This document shows positions 26,741 to 39,239 of a stretch of DNA of 64,000 nucleotides, piece by piece. Each line of letters begins with the position of its first letter. Within the stretch, counting starts at the first letter, position 1. A model generated the notes under the pieces. That model did not search any database. It was not told the DNA's origin and saw nothing but the letters and a program-made list of their open reading frames with translations. The stretch is from Chrysomallon squamiferum (taxonomy: Eukaryota; Animalia; Mollusca), in the NCBI GenBank assembly GCA_012295275.1, contig CM022674.1, forward strand, positions 2,046,001 to 2,110,000, in the 5' to 3' direction. The position numbers and the translations under genes were made by a program.

Positions 26741-28343
26741 CAATAATAATAATAATAAAAGAAAATCCCCACTGAGGTTATATCAGAAAAATAAAAATCT
26801 GAATCATGTGAACAAATTTCTTTTCTTAAATTTCTCTTCCAGTATTTATCTTATTATCATTTGGGTCATATATTTTGTAGCACAGTATAATATTATTTTG
26901 TTAAAATATGGTTATGTATTCATTTTATGTATTTTGTAAACTTGGGCCATAATAATTTATAACAGAATCATCTTAACAAATGATGCTTCATAAAATCTAG
27001 TTGTTTAGTTTTTGTTGTAGAATCTGTAGTTTCGTTTTTTATATATATATAGTAATTATGTCACATTTGCTATGATTTATATATATATATCTATATATAT
27101 AGATATATAGATATATATTTTTTCAATCAATGTTTCTGTTATCACATTTAGGGAATTTTAGTTTTTTTTTTTTTTTCTTTATGGGCTTTCTTTTTACTAT
27201 TCTTAGATACAGCTGCTTTTGTGACCAGTTTAATTGTTCATGTAGATAATTTTATTTATATGGGGAAAACAGTTCAGTACAAAGTGTATTAATAATGTGA
27301 ATGATTGTGAGTGAGCCTGTTTTTGAATGTTAGAACGTTTGCAAATAACATTCTAGTATGTATGTGTGTGTGTGTGTGTGTGTTTTTTTGCATGGATGAA
27401 TGCACATACAGACACAGATTAACCTGGATGTGTATTCTATATATATATATATATATAGAACACATGTAGGTCACTGTTTTTTATTAAAGCAAAAATGTGG
27501 GATATATAGGTTGGTTTCGCAATAGTTTACAATACATCTATTTTTCACTGGCTGTAAAAAAAGGTTTAATATGTTTGTTTTTTTTCTATGATAAGAGTTT
27601 GAGTTGTGTGTTTGATGGCAGCTCTTCAGTGTATTCAGTTGCTCAAAAACTTACCAATGTACAGAATTAAACCAGAGATGTCATATACAGAATATTTACT
27701 GTCAGCATTTTAGAACAGAACAAAGATGATGCTTTACATTTTTATCTCACAGGCATTGATCATCAGTTTTTAAGCCTCTATCAGACATGATTTTTCAAAT
27801 TCCTATTTCTATTTTTTTTTTTTTTTTTTTATCTCTCGTTTTATGCCCTGGAAAAGTTTATTAATTCTAATTTAAAAGAATTTACTGTGGACAGTAGCCA
27901 GTTTATTCTTTAATTTTATTGTCAGAAAATTATCACTGATGCCCCCTTGTAAACTCTCAGTATAAAAATGTTATTGAGATGTCATAAAGCCTGTATGTGT
28001 TCATTTATGCTGCATAACAATTCTGTTTTAAATTCCTTCATTGAAAATGGAGGCATCACTGTTTTTTATTTTTAAACCTGGCTGTCTCAAAAGTATAGGA
28101 ATAAATTTCGCTGGAAATTTTTAATTTAATATATATATATTTCATGTTTAAATATTGTTTATTTGTGAATTGTATTTTTATTTTACTTACAAGGAGATGG
28201 AACCAAGTAACTTTATGCAATTAAAAAAATATATATATATATATATATTAATTTATGTATAAATTATTATCTTTTCTTTTACCACAGCTTTTGTATAAAT
28301 ATTTTTGTTGGAAGAAAACTGATGGATATATTTGAGGTTATAA

Positions 28344-28349
28344 AATAAA
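28344..28349 (+). terminator. Candidate polyadenylation signal of the ATP13A3-like gene
   Basis: AATAAA followed by T-rich sequence, near where the convergent LRRC34 3' region ends; other AATAAA copies exist (e.g. ~26359). Confidence 0.35.
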
Positions 28350-29573
28350 CATTTTACAAAATATAAACTCTTTGTTATTCATTTTCGTATATTCTCTCTT
28401 TTTATCTCTCTATCTCTCATATCCTTAGCAGCAACCCTCACACATCACATTGGCTTGTTATTTATTGTCATACTTTGTTATTAACAAAGGTTGTGTAGAA
28501 TAAAAAAAAATTAAACATTCATTTAGAACGTACTTAATTTATTTGTGTTGTCAATCACAGTAACACTGTAAGTACAACTTCAGGTTACAGAATAAATATA
28601 AATTATTTTTCCTTTAAAACACATTTTATTCAAAACATCACAGTGAATATTAAAAGTTTTATATACAGTATTTACACACCTGTAAAAAGATAAACATATA
28701 AAAACATTTTATCACAATATAAAATATATATATTACATCATCGTAATGTATCTTGTTATCAATAAATCGAGTTTTATGCATAAAAATATTTTAAAAAATT
28801 AATGAAATGACAGAGTAGAGATAATCATTTTTTTTTTTTTTTTTTAATTTTCATAATATAGTTTATTTTATTACTTTTCAGTATATAAAACAGTATAGAA
28901 ATCTTCAACTATTGTACTAATGCAGGGGGTGGGATAGAATGATGAAGTATTTTAGTGTGGGTGGGGCTGGGTGGAGCATATAACACTATAAAAAGGGGGA
29001 GAAACACTGAGGTTGATAAGAAAGTGGGTGTTACCAGACAGGGGTGGGGTTAAGCAAGGTATTAGAAAAATGGGTTCAGTTATTGGAGATATCAAGACTG
29101 GTACGATTGGTGAAGATATCTCGGGTGCATGGGACAAAATACTGAAGATATCAAATACGTGATGGACTTTGAATACTGACGAGACTACAAAAAATAGCAA
29201 GGATTGTCAAAGATACCTAGGATTGTGGGAATCTGGAAACTATCAAGTATGGATGGGATTACTGAAGATGATGTTCAGGATGGACAGAATTACTGGAAAG
29301 ATTATTACAAGGGAAGGGTAGGATTATCAAAAATATCGACATCTGTATGGGACAGATGAAAAATATCAAGGAAGGGGTAGACTACTGAAGACACCCAGGC
29401 ACTAAGCCAGACTGCCAGAAATGTCAGGAAAATGATTTGAATTACTGGATAAACTAGAACGTTTGAAGTATTCCTGACTGGATGAAAAAAAAGACCTGTG
29501 AAGGATGCAATGGTAAGAGATATAGATAGATAGATATAGATAAATTAACAGAGTGATGATGACGATGTCCCAG

Positions 29574-29786
29574 TTAAACCCTGATGGTGACAATGTCTGT
29601 TCTTTTCTCGTGAACTCCGCGAGGCTGCCAGAATGGGACGTCATCGCCGTAGCTAGGTGCATAGTAGTAGTGACGCCTGATCTGGTGACTCATCTCACTG
29701 AGCAGCGTGACGCCGTCCACGACGTAGGGCTTGACGTCTGTGTTCTGTTGGTAGATGCGGCCACTGTCGATCAGCTTGGCAAATGC
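29574..29786 (-). CDS. LRRC34: LRRC34-like terminal coding exon
   Basis: AFAKLIDSGRIYQQNTDVKPYVVDG...RRHYYYAPSYG...TIRV*. Confidence 0.93.
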   Translation of the reverse strand, partial: AFAKLIDSGRIYQQNTDVKPYVVDGVTLLSEMSHQIRRHYYYAPSYGDDVPFWQPRGVHEKRTDIVTIRV

Positions 29787-30796
29787 CTGAAACAAGAAAC
29801 ATTCTCAGCACATACTATTTGTTAATTAATCACTTTTGATGACTACATGTAAACTGATAGCTAGTGTTCTTATCTGTTCCTGAGTCTGGACAGATGTGGA
29901 CTAAGGGGTGAGGTAACTCTAACAGAAAGGGTGAAGTCAGAAGTACTGGGCTGTATGGCTTACTTTACTAAAACCACAATACTATTCACCAACAGCTGTT
30001 ATGACGATTTCTGTGACCATGGTCATGAGATGACAATAACTTTGAAAAGTAATTTTGTGATTCCACCATCCACCAAACATGATGGTCAAGATTTTGAACA
30101 CATGTGATGACTATGAATGAAATTATATTTAATTATGACTATTACAAAAAACTGTGACTGCGTGTACATATTAATTATGACTATCAACACATGACTAAAC
30201 ACACTGATTTTGATTATCAACACAAACTATGACTACACTTAATTATGACTATCAACATGTCATGACTATTCACACACAATTACACACACACCAGTTATGA
30301 CTATCATAATGCTTTGACTATTTACAGATGCTAATGACTATCAACACATGACTGTACAAACATACTAATTATTAATAACAATATGACTACATTTACATAA
30401 TGATGTTGAGTACGAGCAGTTTTGATTTGAATACTTACAATACAGGCAGGCTCTTCCAGTTTGTTGCCCCAGATGTAGATGTTGGTGAGATAAAAATTGA
30501 TGAGCAGTGAATTAGCAATGGCACAAAGACCTTCTTGTCCAATGTTGTTGTACACAATTACTAGTCTAAAAAAAAAAAAACACACACATATATATATATA
30601 TATATATAATAATTATGTACTTGTATATATTTAATGCTGCCTTTAAAATGTCTTTAAACATGATACCTGGGAGTTACATCTGAATACTGCCATTTTTCCC
30701 ACAGTCATGATGTTGTTATAGTCAGGGTGGAGTGAGAGACAGAGAGAGACAAAGACAGAGACACTGATAAAGAGAGAGACAAGCAGAGAAAGTCAG

Positions 30797-30891
<95 letters not shown>

Positions 30892-32573
30892 GGGAAGGAC
30901 AGAGTGAAAAAAGTACTGTTTTGATTCTGATGAAGTGAATGAGGAAAAGTTTTGTTAACAGTTTCATTTTATTTCCTAGACTCCTATCAGCTGAGCACAC
31001 AACAGAACATTAACTCGGAGGTTATATACACTCATTCTGAGAACATTTGCTTGCAGTGCTACTGGTGCTGACACAGCTCAAAGAGGACAAATTTACTAAC
31101 GTCTCCAGTGAACAGTTCCCCGTCAGAGCATCAGCAATGTGTTTGGCGCCATCGTCTTCCAAACGATTGTATCCGAGATCCAGAGTTTTCAGAGCAGTTT
31201 GCGTTTTGATCACTTTGGCCAGCTCTTTTGTGCCATCTCGAGTGATTCGGTTACTGCAGAAAAAAAAAAAAAATAAAATAAAAGGAAAAAATATATCAAA
31301 ATAAAAATAAAAAACAAATAAATAATTTTAAAAAAAAAAATAAAAATAATAATGTAAATAAAATTTAAAAACAAATAATGATGATGATGATGATGATGAT
31401 GATAATAATAAAATAATTAAATGAATTTTAAAAATAATAATAGATAAATATAACAAGAAAAAAAAAATAAAATAATAATAGCAACAAATAATAACAACAA
31501 TAAAAAAAAAAATAAAACAGGTTAAGATACAGGTAATAATACAACAATGGAAACACCTGTCATAATAATCAATGATAATACTAAATTAACTGACCAGCTG
31601 AGATCCAGGTAATGATGATGATGATTGAACAAAATAATTAAATGAAAGCCGAAACTTACAATCAGATTTCATATTTCTGTAAATGTAAAAAGAAATAGTG
31701 TGGAGTTTAACTGTCAAAAGAAAATCAGTGAAAATACTGTAACAGTAATTAAATAGTGTAACAATGACAACAATAATTAAAGTGTCACCTGAAAAATAAC
31801 AATCCAAACACTGACCACAGAAATCCAATAAGTGAGTGCATGAATGAACAAGAACAGTAATTAAAGTGTAACACAAAATACAATTTCAAAATTCTGTAAC
31901 AGAAATTAAATAGTGCAACACCTGTCATAAGACAATCAGTAACACTGTAACAGTAATTAAAGTGTAACACAAAATACAATCTAAAATGTAACAGAAATTA
32001 AATAGTGCAATGCTGCATACAATCTACACTGTAACAGTAATTAAAGTGTAACACAAAATACAGTCTACACTGTAACACAAAATACAATCTACAATGTAAC
32101 AGTAATTAAATAGTGTAACTGCATACAATCTGAAATGTAACAGTAATTAAATAGTGTAACACTGAAGACAATCTGAAATGTAACAGTAATTAAATAGTGT
32201 AACTGTATACAATCTAAAAGGTAACTGTAATTAAACAGTGTTACACTATACAACCTAAAATGTAACAATAAATATTGTAACACTGTATACAATCTAGAAT
32301 GTAACAGTAATTAAATAGTGTAACACCGTATAAAATCTAAAATGTAACAGGAATTAAATATTGTAATACTGAATACATCTCATTTAACACTAATTAGTGC
32401 AGTAAGCAACAGTTAAATAAATATTGTAAATTTAAATATTACATTATTTACAATGTAATGTTTAAAATGCAGTGTGTAACAAATATGTACTTTAAGGCTA
32501 AATATTATCTACACTGTTACAGTGTTCAATAAAAAAAATAAAAAAAATGACTATATCATCACAATGTAACATC

Positions 32574-32648
<75 letters not shown>

Positions 32649-32835
32649 ATGTATACAAAAATTCAACAAACTTTTAACATTTTTGCAAAGTGTACAGTTG
32701 TCTCCTCTTGCTCGGTAAAGCGGATTGGACGATTTACATTTAAACATTTCAGAGACTTGTTTTGATTTAGAACTGTTGCTAGGGCAATTATACACTCAAT
32801 TCTCTGAAAAAAAGAAAAAAAAATAATAATAATAA

Positions 32836-32883
<48 letters not shown>

Positions 32884-33353
32884 CAACAATAATAATAACA
32901 ATAATAATAATAAATAATAATAATAGCAATAATAACAATAACAATGATAACAACAATAATAATAATATAGTAACAATAACAGTAATGATAACAACAACAA
33001 CAGTAATAACATAATAATAATAACTAACAATAATAGTAGTAATAGTAATAACAATAATAAAAAATAATAATAATAAAAATAAAAAATAATAATATAATAA
33101 TAAAAATAATAAAAATAGTAACAAAATAAAAACAAAATAAAAACAACAATAACAATAACAATAATAAAAATAATAACAACGATAATAATAATAATAATAA
33201 AAAAATAATAACAACAATGATAATAATAATAATAATAGCAACAACAATTCTAATAACAACAATAATAACAACAACAATAACAATAATAATAATAATAACA
33301 ATAACAATAACAATAACAATAATAATAATAATAATAATAACAATAACAATAAC

Positions 33354-33396
<43 letters not shown>

Positions 33397-36300
33397 TAAT
33401 AATAATAATAATAACAATAATAATATATAAAAAAATAATAATAGCAATAACAACAACAACAACAACAGTAATAATAATCACAAGATCGGCGTCTCCAAGG
33501 TCCAGGGACTCCAGCGTCTGGTTGACCTGCAGGGCCTGAGCGAAGTACATCCCCCCCTTGTTGTCAATTTTGTTCCCATTCAGCCGCAGCACCAGCAGGG
33601 TGGAGTTTGTCTGAAACACAAAACAACGTTTCTGCAATTCTGCTGGGTAAGGGGCAAAGGCAGGTCTTTTATGAGACAAATGAAGCTTAAGGCTGGGCCT
33701 GAGAAGTGACTTTTAGGCCACGCTTCTTAAAAATTTTAATCCAAATTGGAGATACATATGGTTAAATGTTTAAAAATTTTAAATTTTAAAAATTGTTATT
33801 GTCAGTAATGGATCAGCCCACTGAATCCAGTTTTCTGGAAGAGTTAGATAAATGGTCTGGTACTTGTGTAAAGAGATTTAGAAACACAAAATGAAAAGTT
33901 AAGGAATTTTTAAAAGAATATAAAAAATGTTTTTTTAAAAATTATACATGAAGATCCTGCAAGAAAATATTTCAACAACAAATTTCAACAAAAACATTTA
34001 AAAAGCACGTTTATAAATTTCAACTGTTGATTTACAATAAAGAAATTGTTAAAAAAACTAAAATTTACAGTGTCAGAAAATTTACATAAATATACTTAAA
34101 CCAGAAAACTTTATAAGGAGGCATTTCTGTAACAAATTTACACAAACATATTTACAAAACAAAGACTTACATTATGACACCTCAACTGCAGATTAACACA
34201 AATATATTTAAAAAAAAGATTCCAAAACATAAAAATGTATATAAAAATATACATAAATAAAAATAACAAAGATATTTTAAAACATATAAAATCTTAAAAA
34301 AAAAAAAAAAGATTCCAAAAACATTTAAAAATATGTACATGAACATAAATAAAAATAAAAATAAAAATACAAGCAGATATTTAACACCTACTTGGAGGGC
34401 TTTTGCCAAATGTTCAGCACCGGCAGATAATATATCATTACACATCAAGTTCAGTTCTCGCACAGTTGTGTTCTCCTGAAACAGTGATATTTATTATTTA
34501 CCTATTTACACCTGTCTAGGAATCTGAGGTAGATAAATTACTGATGTCTCTCACTGTAATATTGAAAAAACATTACACACCTTTAACAAATTTACATCTG
34601 TTGTATCTGTAACAAATTTATAAGTAAATGAGAAATATTGTATCTGTAAAAATGTTATAAGTAAATGAGAAATGTTGTATCTGTATCAAATTACAAATAA
34701 TAAGATGTTGTACCAGTATCAAATGTTACATAACAAGATGTTGTACCAGAATCAAATTACAAGTAATTTGAGAAATGTTGTACCAGTATTACACGTAACA
34801 AGATGCTGTACCTGTAGCAAATTACAATTTGCCGAAAACTTCAGCACCCTACCAGTATCAAATTATTGTAATATGAGAAATCAAGTACCAATATCAAATT
34901 ACAAGTAATATGAGATGTGTTGTACCAGTATCAAATTACAAGTAACATGAGAAATGTTGTCCCAGTATTAAATTCAAATAACAAGATGTTGTTACCAGCC
35001 AAACTACAGGTAATATCTCAAATTTGTATCCTATGTCAAATTACAAATAACAAGATGTTGTCTCAGTATTTCAATTACAAGTGAAATGACAAATGGTACA
35101 AGTATCAAACTCAGGTTTCATCTGAAAAAAATTGTACCAGTATCAAATTATACATCTCAAGATGCATCTCACTAAAATATTCAGGTACAAGTACATCTGA
35201 TGTTGTTCTCACTAAAATACAAGCACATCTCATGTTTCATCTCACTAAAATACCTGAAGTCACATCTCCCTTTTCATCTCAGCTTGTTTTGTTAATACAG
35301 GTACAAGTACATCTCACTTTTCATCTCACTAAAATACACAGGTACAAGTACATCTCACTTTTCATCTCACTAAAATACACAGGTACAAGTACATCTCACC
35401 TTTCATCTCACTAAAATACACAGGTACAAGTACATCTCACTTTTCATCTCACTAAAATACACAGACACACGCTTGTTAATCTCACTGTTACATCTCACTA
35501 AAATACACAGGTACAAGTACATCTCACCTTTCATCTCAGTAAAATACACAAACACAGGCTTGTTAATCTCACTGTTACATTTCACGTTTCATCTCACTAA
35601 AATACAGAAACACATGCTTGTTAATCTCACTGTTACATTTCACATTTCATCTCACAAAAATACACAAACACATACTTGTTAATCTGACTGCTACATTTCA
35701 CATTTCATCTCACAAAAATACACAAACACATGCTTGTTAATCTCACTGTTACATTTCACATTTCCTCTCACTAAAATACACAAACACATGCTTGTTAATC
35801 TCACTGTTACATTTCACCTTTCATCTCACTAAAATACACAAACACATGGTTGTTAATCTCACTGTTACATTTCACCTTTCATCTCACTAAAATACACAAA
35901 CACATGCTTGTTAATCTCACTGTTACATCTCACCTTTTCATCTCAATAAAATACACAAACACACACTTGTTAATCTCACTTTTACGTTTCACATTTCATC
36001 TCACTAAAATTTACAAACATACACTTGTTAATCTCACTGTTACATTTGACTAAAATACACAAACACACGCTTGTTAATCTCACTGTTACATTTCACCTTT
36101 CATCTCATTAAAATACACAAACACACAGTTGTTAATCTCACTGTTACATTTCACATTTCATCTCAAAAAAATACACAAACACATACATCTTAATCTCACT
36201 GCTACAAGTATTTTCTATTTTTACCCAACTGTACCATACAAACACATACTACTTTTACAATATTAAAATAGTTTTCTTCATATCACTATTAAAAATATAC

Positions 36301-36969
36301 TTTCTTCCTAATATCACTATTACAAATATACTTTCTTCCTAATCTCACTATTACAAATATATTTTCTTCCTAATCTCACTATTACAAATAAATACATTTT
36401 GCTCCTCATCTCACTAATACAATTTTCTCCATCTCACTGTTACAAACAGTTTCTTTATCTGAAATATTTTGCTTTTCATCTGATTATGACAAATAAATAA
36501 TTTTGTTTTTATCTCACTGTTACAAACAGATTCTTTTCTTCATTGCATTAAAAAATACAAAAAGTGTTTTTCATCTCACAGTTCCACACAAATACAAACT
36601 GTTCTCAATACAACAAATGTTATTTTACCAATAATTTTTTTATTTTTAAATAGTCAGCATTATAACTTACAAACGTAACTGTAACAAAACCATATTTATA
36701 TTATCCCTTGATTCATAAATTCATATCAATACCACAGCATTTTTGTTATGAAAAGAGTTAACACAGAATGACACTGTTATAAGAATACAAGAAAGAAAAG
36801 AGAATGGCCACACACAGTAATCTTTATGTATTTGTTATAATAATTATACTTTGTTATTAGCAAAGCTTAGATGAATGTAGTGAAATAATAATTTGGAAGA
36901 ATACAAAGTGAATTTGGCTTTCTGTTTGCATAACACATACATTTTAATAAGAACCCTCCACCAAGATTA

Positions 36970-37008
<39 letters not shown>

Positions 37009-37850
37009 TATATATATGTATATATATATATGATCAGAACAAGCAATGCAGGAAAACAAAACAGCAAGTACAAAGTGCAAATATATGTTTGGTATAAGAA
37101 TTATTACAGGCAATGTTTTTTATTGTTACATAATACAATATATTTCTGTAAATGGCTTAGTACATATTCTTTTTTTAATAGTAATGTATGTTTGGTAGAT
37201 GAAAGTATAGCTAGACTTGATTCATATGTATACATTATTATATGTATTTAGATATATGTAATAATATTAATATTATACATCAGTTATTATTTCTATTATA
37301 TATTATATTATTACTGCTGCTGTTGTAGTTAGTGTTGTTATTGTTATTATTGTCAGCATCTTTTTATAATCATTATTATCATTGTTTTATTATAACTATC
37401 ATTATTATTATTATTATCGTCATCATCATCATCTTCAAGATTACCATCATATTATTATTATTATTAATATTATAATGTTTATTATTATTATTATAACAGA
37501 ATGAAGATTAGTTGTATTTAATTAAATATTCATGCAGAAAACCGGTGTACATAATAACATAAAAGCATATGGTTGTGAGAAAAACAAAATTTACATATAG
37601 TCTTACCCTGTTCTTGACAGCAAACTGGTAATATGTGTGGAATACAACAGAAAACAAATTATAAAACAAATCAACTAATAGTGTTCAACCACAGTGAAGT
37701 AAGCAAATGAATGTCCATAGGTGCTTAATACACACAGATATACACACACACAAACACACATATATATGCATCTATTGTTCGAAAATAAAAATAATAACAA
37801 CAAAAAACTATAAATGAAACTAAATTAGGTTAAAAAAAAAATAAAAAAAA

Positions 37851-37883
<33 letters not shown>

Positions 37884-38768
37884 TGTGTAAAAAACTAAAA
37901 ATAAAATAAAAATAAAAGCATGAAAATTTCTAACAATCTACAGCAAACTACCAAAAGGAAAAATAAGATAACTTTGATTTAACTGTCAGTGTGCATAATT
38001 CTAAAGACAGACAGACAGACAGACAGACACTAAAGACATTTTGATTAAATAATTTAGGCTATTCCTCAAATCTATTAAAATATATATTATCTACATATCA
38101 AGAAATATTTTGTAATGTGTTATACTCCTAAAAGGTTTATTAGGCTGTTTTACTTGAAATGATCATCAGTATAGTGTTCTAAATAAGGTTACTAAAAAGA
38201 AATGTAATGAGAGGGTAAATGAAAGATATTAAAAGTTCTTGTGTTTTATTTACTGAATATATTCTTCTGTGATTATTTATTTATATATTTAATATTAATT
38301 ATAATTTTTTTTTATTATTGTTGTTGTTATTATTATTATTACTTTAATTATTATTATTTTTTATTGTTGTTGTTGTTGTTGTTATTTATTTATTATCATG
38401 AACCATCATCATTTATCTATTTATTGATTTATTTATTCATTCATTCATTCAAGATCATCATTTATTTACTTGTTTGATTGTTTATTTTATTAATTTATTC
38501 ACTCATTCATTCACTTAACATCAACACTGTCATCATTTGTTTACTTGTTTGTTTTATTTGTTTATTTTGCCCTCTATCTTTGTTCACTGATTTCTGTTCT
38601 ATACTAAACTGCTTATTTATTTCATCTGATTCTGTCACCATGTGACACTTACAGAATGGTTTCTTCTCTTTCTCTGTCAAACATCTTCTTGATATATGGA
38701 TGTACCTCCTGGTTTAATTCACTAACCACTGAGAGATATCGGGTGACAGTGGCTTCAATGTCAGCCAT
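29574..38768 (-). CDS. LRRC34: Leucine-rich repeat-containing protein 34-like (RI-type LRR, ciliary); two exons disrupted in this sequence
   Basis: Minus-strand exons 38768-38653 (MADIEATVTRYL...), [35030-34812 disrupted], 34475-34392, 33610-33482, 32803-32672, [31710-31595 disrupted], 31253-31101, 30565-30439, 29786-29574. LRRC34-type segments: GNKIDNKGGMYFA, LDLGDADL, NRPIRFTEQEETTVH, IYIWGNKLEE, TDVKPYVVDG...RRHYYYAPSYG. Confidence 0.88.
30110..30395. repeat. Degenerate ATGACTATCAAC-type minisatellite
   Basis: taattatgactatcaacac variants repeated in an LRRC34 intron. Confidence 0.7.
30439..30565 (-). CDS. LRRC34: LRRC34-like exon
   Basis: LVIVYNNIGQEGLCAIANSLLINFYLTNIYIWGNKLEEPACI|gtaagt. 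Confidence 0.93.
31101..31253 (-). CDS. LRRC34: LRRC34-like exon
   Basis: NRITRDGTKELAKVIKTQTALKTLDLGYNRLEDDGAKHIADALTGNCSLE. Confidence 0.93.
31595..31710 (-). pseudogene. LRRC34: Disrupted LRRC34 exon (frameshift and stops)
   Basis: Good acceptor and donor (ttgacag|...|gtcagt); LNSTL in frame 0, LHLQKYEI* in frame +1, FG...HYLDLS back in frame 0; frame 0 has an internal TGA. Confidence 0.8.
31720..32400. repeat. ~42-bp minisatellite
   Basis: tgtaacagtaattaaatagtgtaacactgtatacaatctaaaa variants, more than 10 copies. Confidence 0.88.
32672..32803 (-). CDS. LRRC34: LRRC34-like exon
   Basis: RIECIIALATVLNQNKSLKCLNVNRPIRFTEQEETTVHFAKMLK. Confidence 0.93.
32804..33481. repeat. (AAT/AAC)n microsatellite filling an entire LRRC34 intron
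   Basis: 678-nt intron composed almost only of aat/aac/aca triplets. Confidence 0.9.
33482..33610 (-). CDS. LRRC34: LRRC34-like exon
   Basis: TNSTLLVLRLNGNKIDNKGGMYFAQALQVNQTLESLDLGDADL. Confidence 0.93.
34392..34475 (-). CDS. LRRC34: LRRC34-like exon
   Basis: ENTTVRELNLMCNDILSAGAEHLAKALQ|gtaggt. Confidence 0.92.
34600..35160. repeat. ~33-36 bp minisatellite containing LRRC34 exon remnants
   Basis: atgttgtaccagtatcaaattacaagtaa variants. Confidence 0.85.
34812..35030 (-). pseudogene. LRRC34: Disrupted LRRC34 exon remnant inside a minisatellite
   Basis: Minus strand reads IQI*DITCSLAGNNILL...*YWYNTSHIT...LDFSYYNNL then, shifted, GAEVFGKL..LQ|gtacag; matches the otherwise missing LAGNN...LDxxYN...GAxxxxKLLQ part of LRRC34 but with stops and indels. 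Confidence 0.7.
35160..36600. repeat. Compound minisatellite (~38-bp then ~59-bp units sharing TCATCTCACTAAAATACAC)
   Basis: tttcatctcactaaaatacacaggtacaagtacatctcac units, then tttcatctcactaaaatacacaaacacatgcttgttaatctcactgttacatttcac units, decaying to atctcactattacaaa. Confidence 0.9.
38653..38768 (-). CDS. LRRC34: LRRC34-like first coding exon
   Basis: MADIEATVTRYLSVVSELNQEVHPYIKKMFDREREETI|gtaagt; an acceptor 11 nt upstream of the ATG implies a non-coding first exon. Confidence 0.8.
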
Positions 38769-39225
38769 TTTCTTTCTTTCTGTTTGTTTAACGAAAAAAA
38801 AAAAAAAAAAAAAAAAGATTATATTTTATTTAATGTGATAGTTTGTAATGCATCTCTCAGCAGTGTGATAAACACTTTATTTAAATTTCATATTATGCAC
38901 ATACAAATAAAATTATACTTTAAAAATAGGTCAAAATATGCCTTTGCATATCTCTGAACTAATCATATTAACTGAATAAAAATGATGTTTAAATAAATAA
39001 AACAAATAGAAATTTGCAAAACTGTAACGAAAATTATATGGTCACGAAGTCATATAAGGCTGCCATATAAATGCTATTTATATTAAATTGAAAACGTTAA
39101 ATACATTATTTTCAAGTAGTTAAATTAAAAAATATTTTCCTATATATTTTAAAGGTTCTCGTGATCTTTTACAAACCTTTCTACTTTTCTAGTACGAGAA
39201 ATTAAACTGCATTGAAATCTATTCT

Positions 39226-39239
39226 GTTGCTACAACAAC
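39226..39239. promoter_or_regulatory. RFX X-box-like motif in the putative LRRC34 promoter
   Basis: GTTGCTACAACAAC, one mismatch to GTHNYY-AT-RRNAAC, ~460 bp upstream of the ATG and close to a candidate minus-strand donor (aaag|gtttgt at 39177). Confidence 0.55.

Noticed and set aside
37030-37145. Minus-strand frame NILYYVTIKNIACNNS resembling LRRC34 LNIAGNN after a plausible acceptor
   Set aside because: No further similarity and it runs into a stop; a better remnant (LAGNNIL...GAEVFGKL) lies at 34812-35030.
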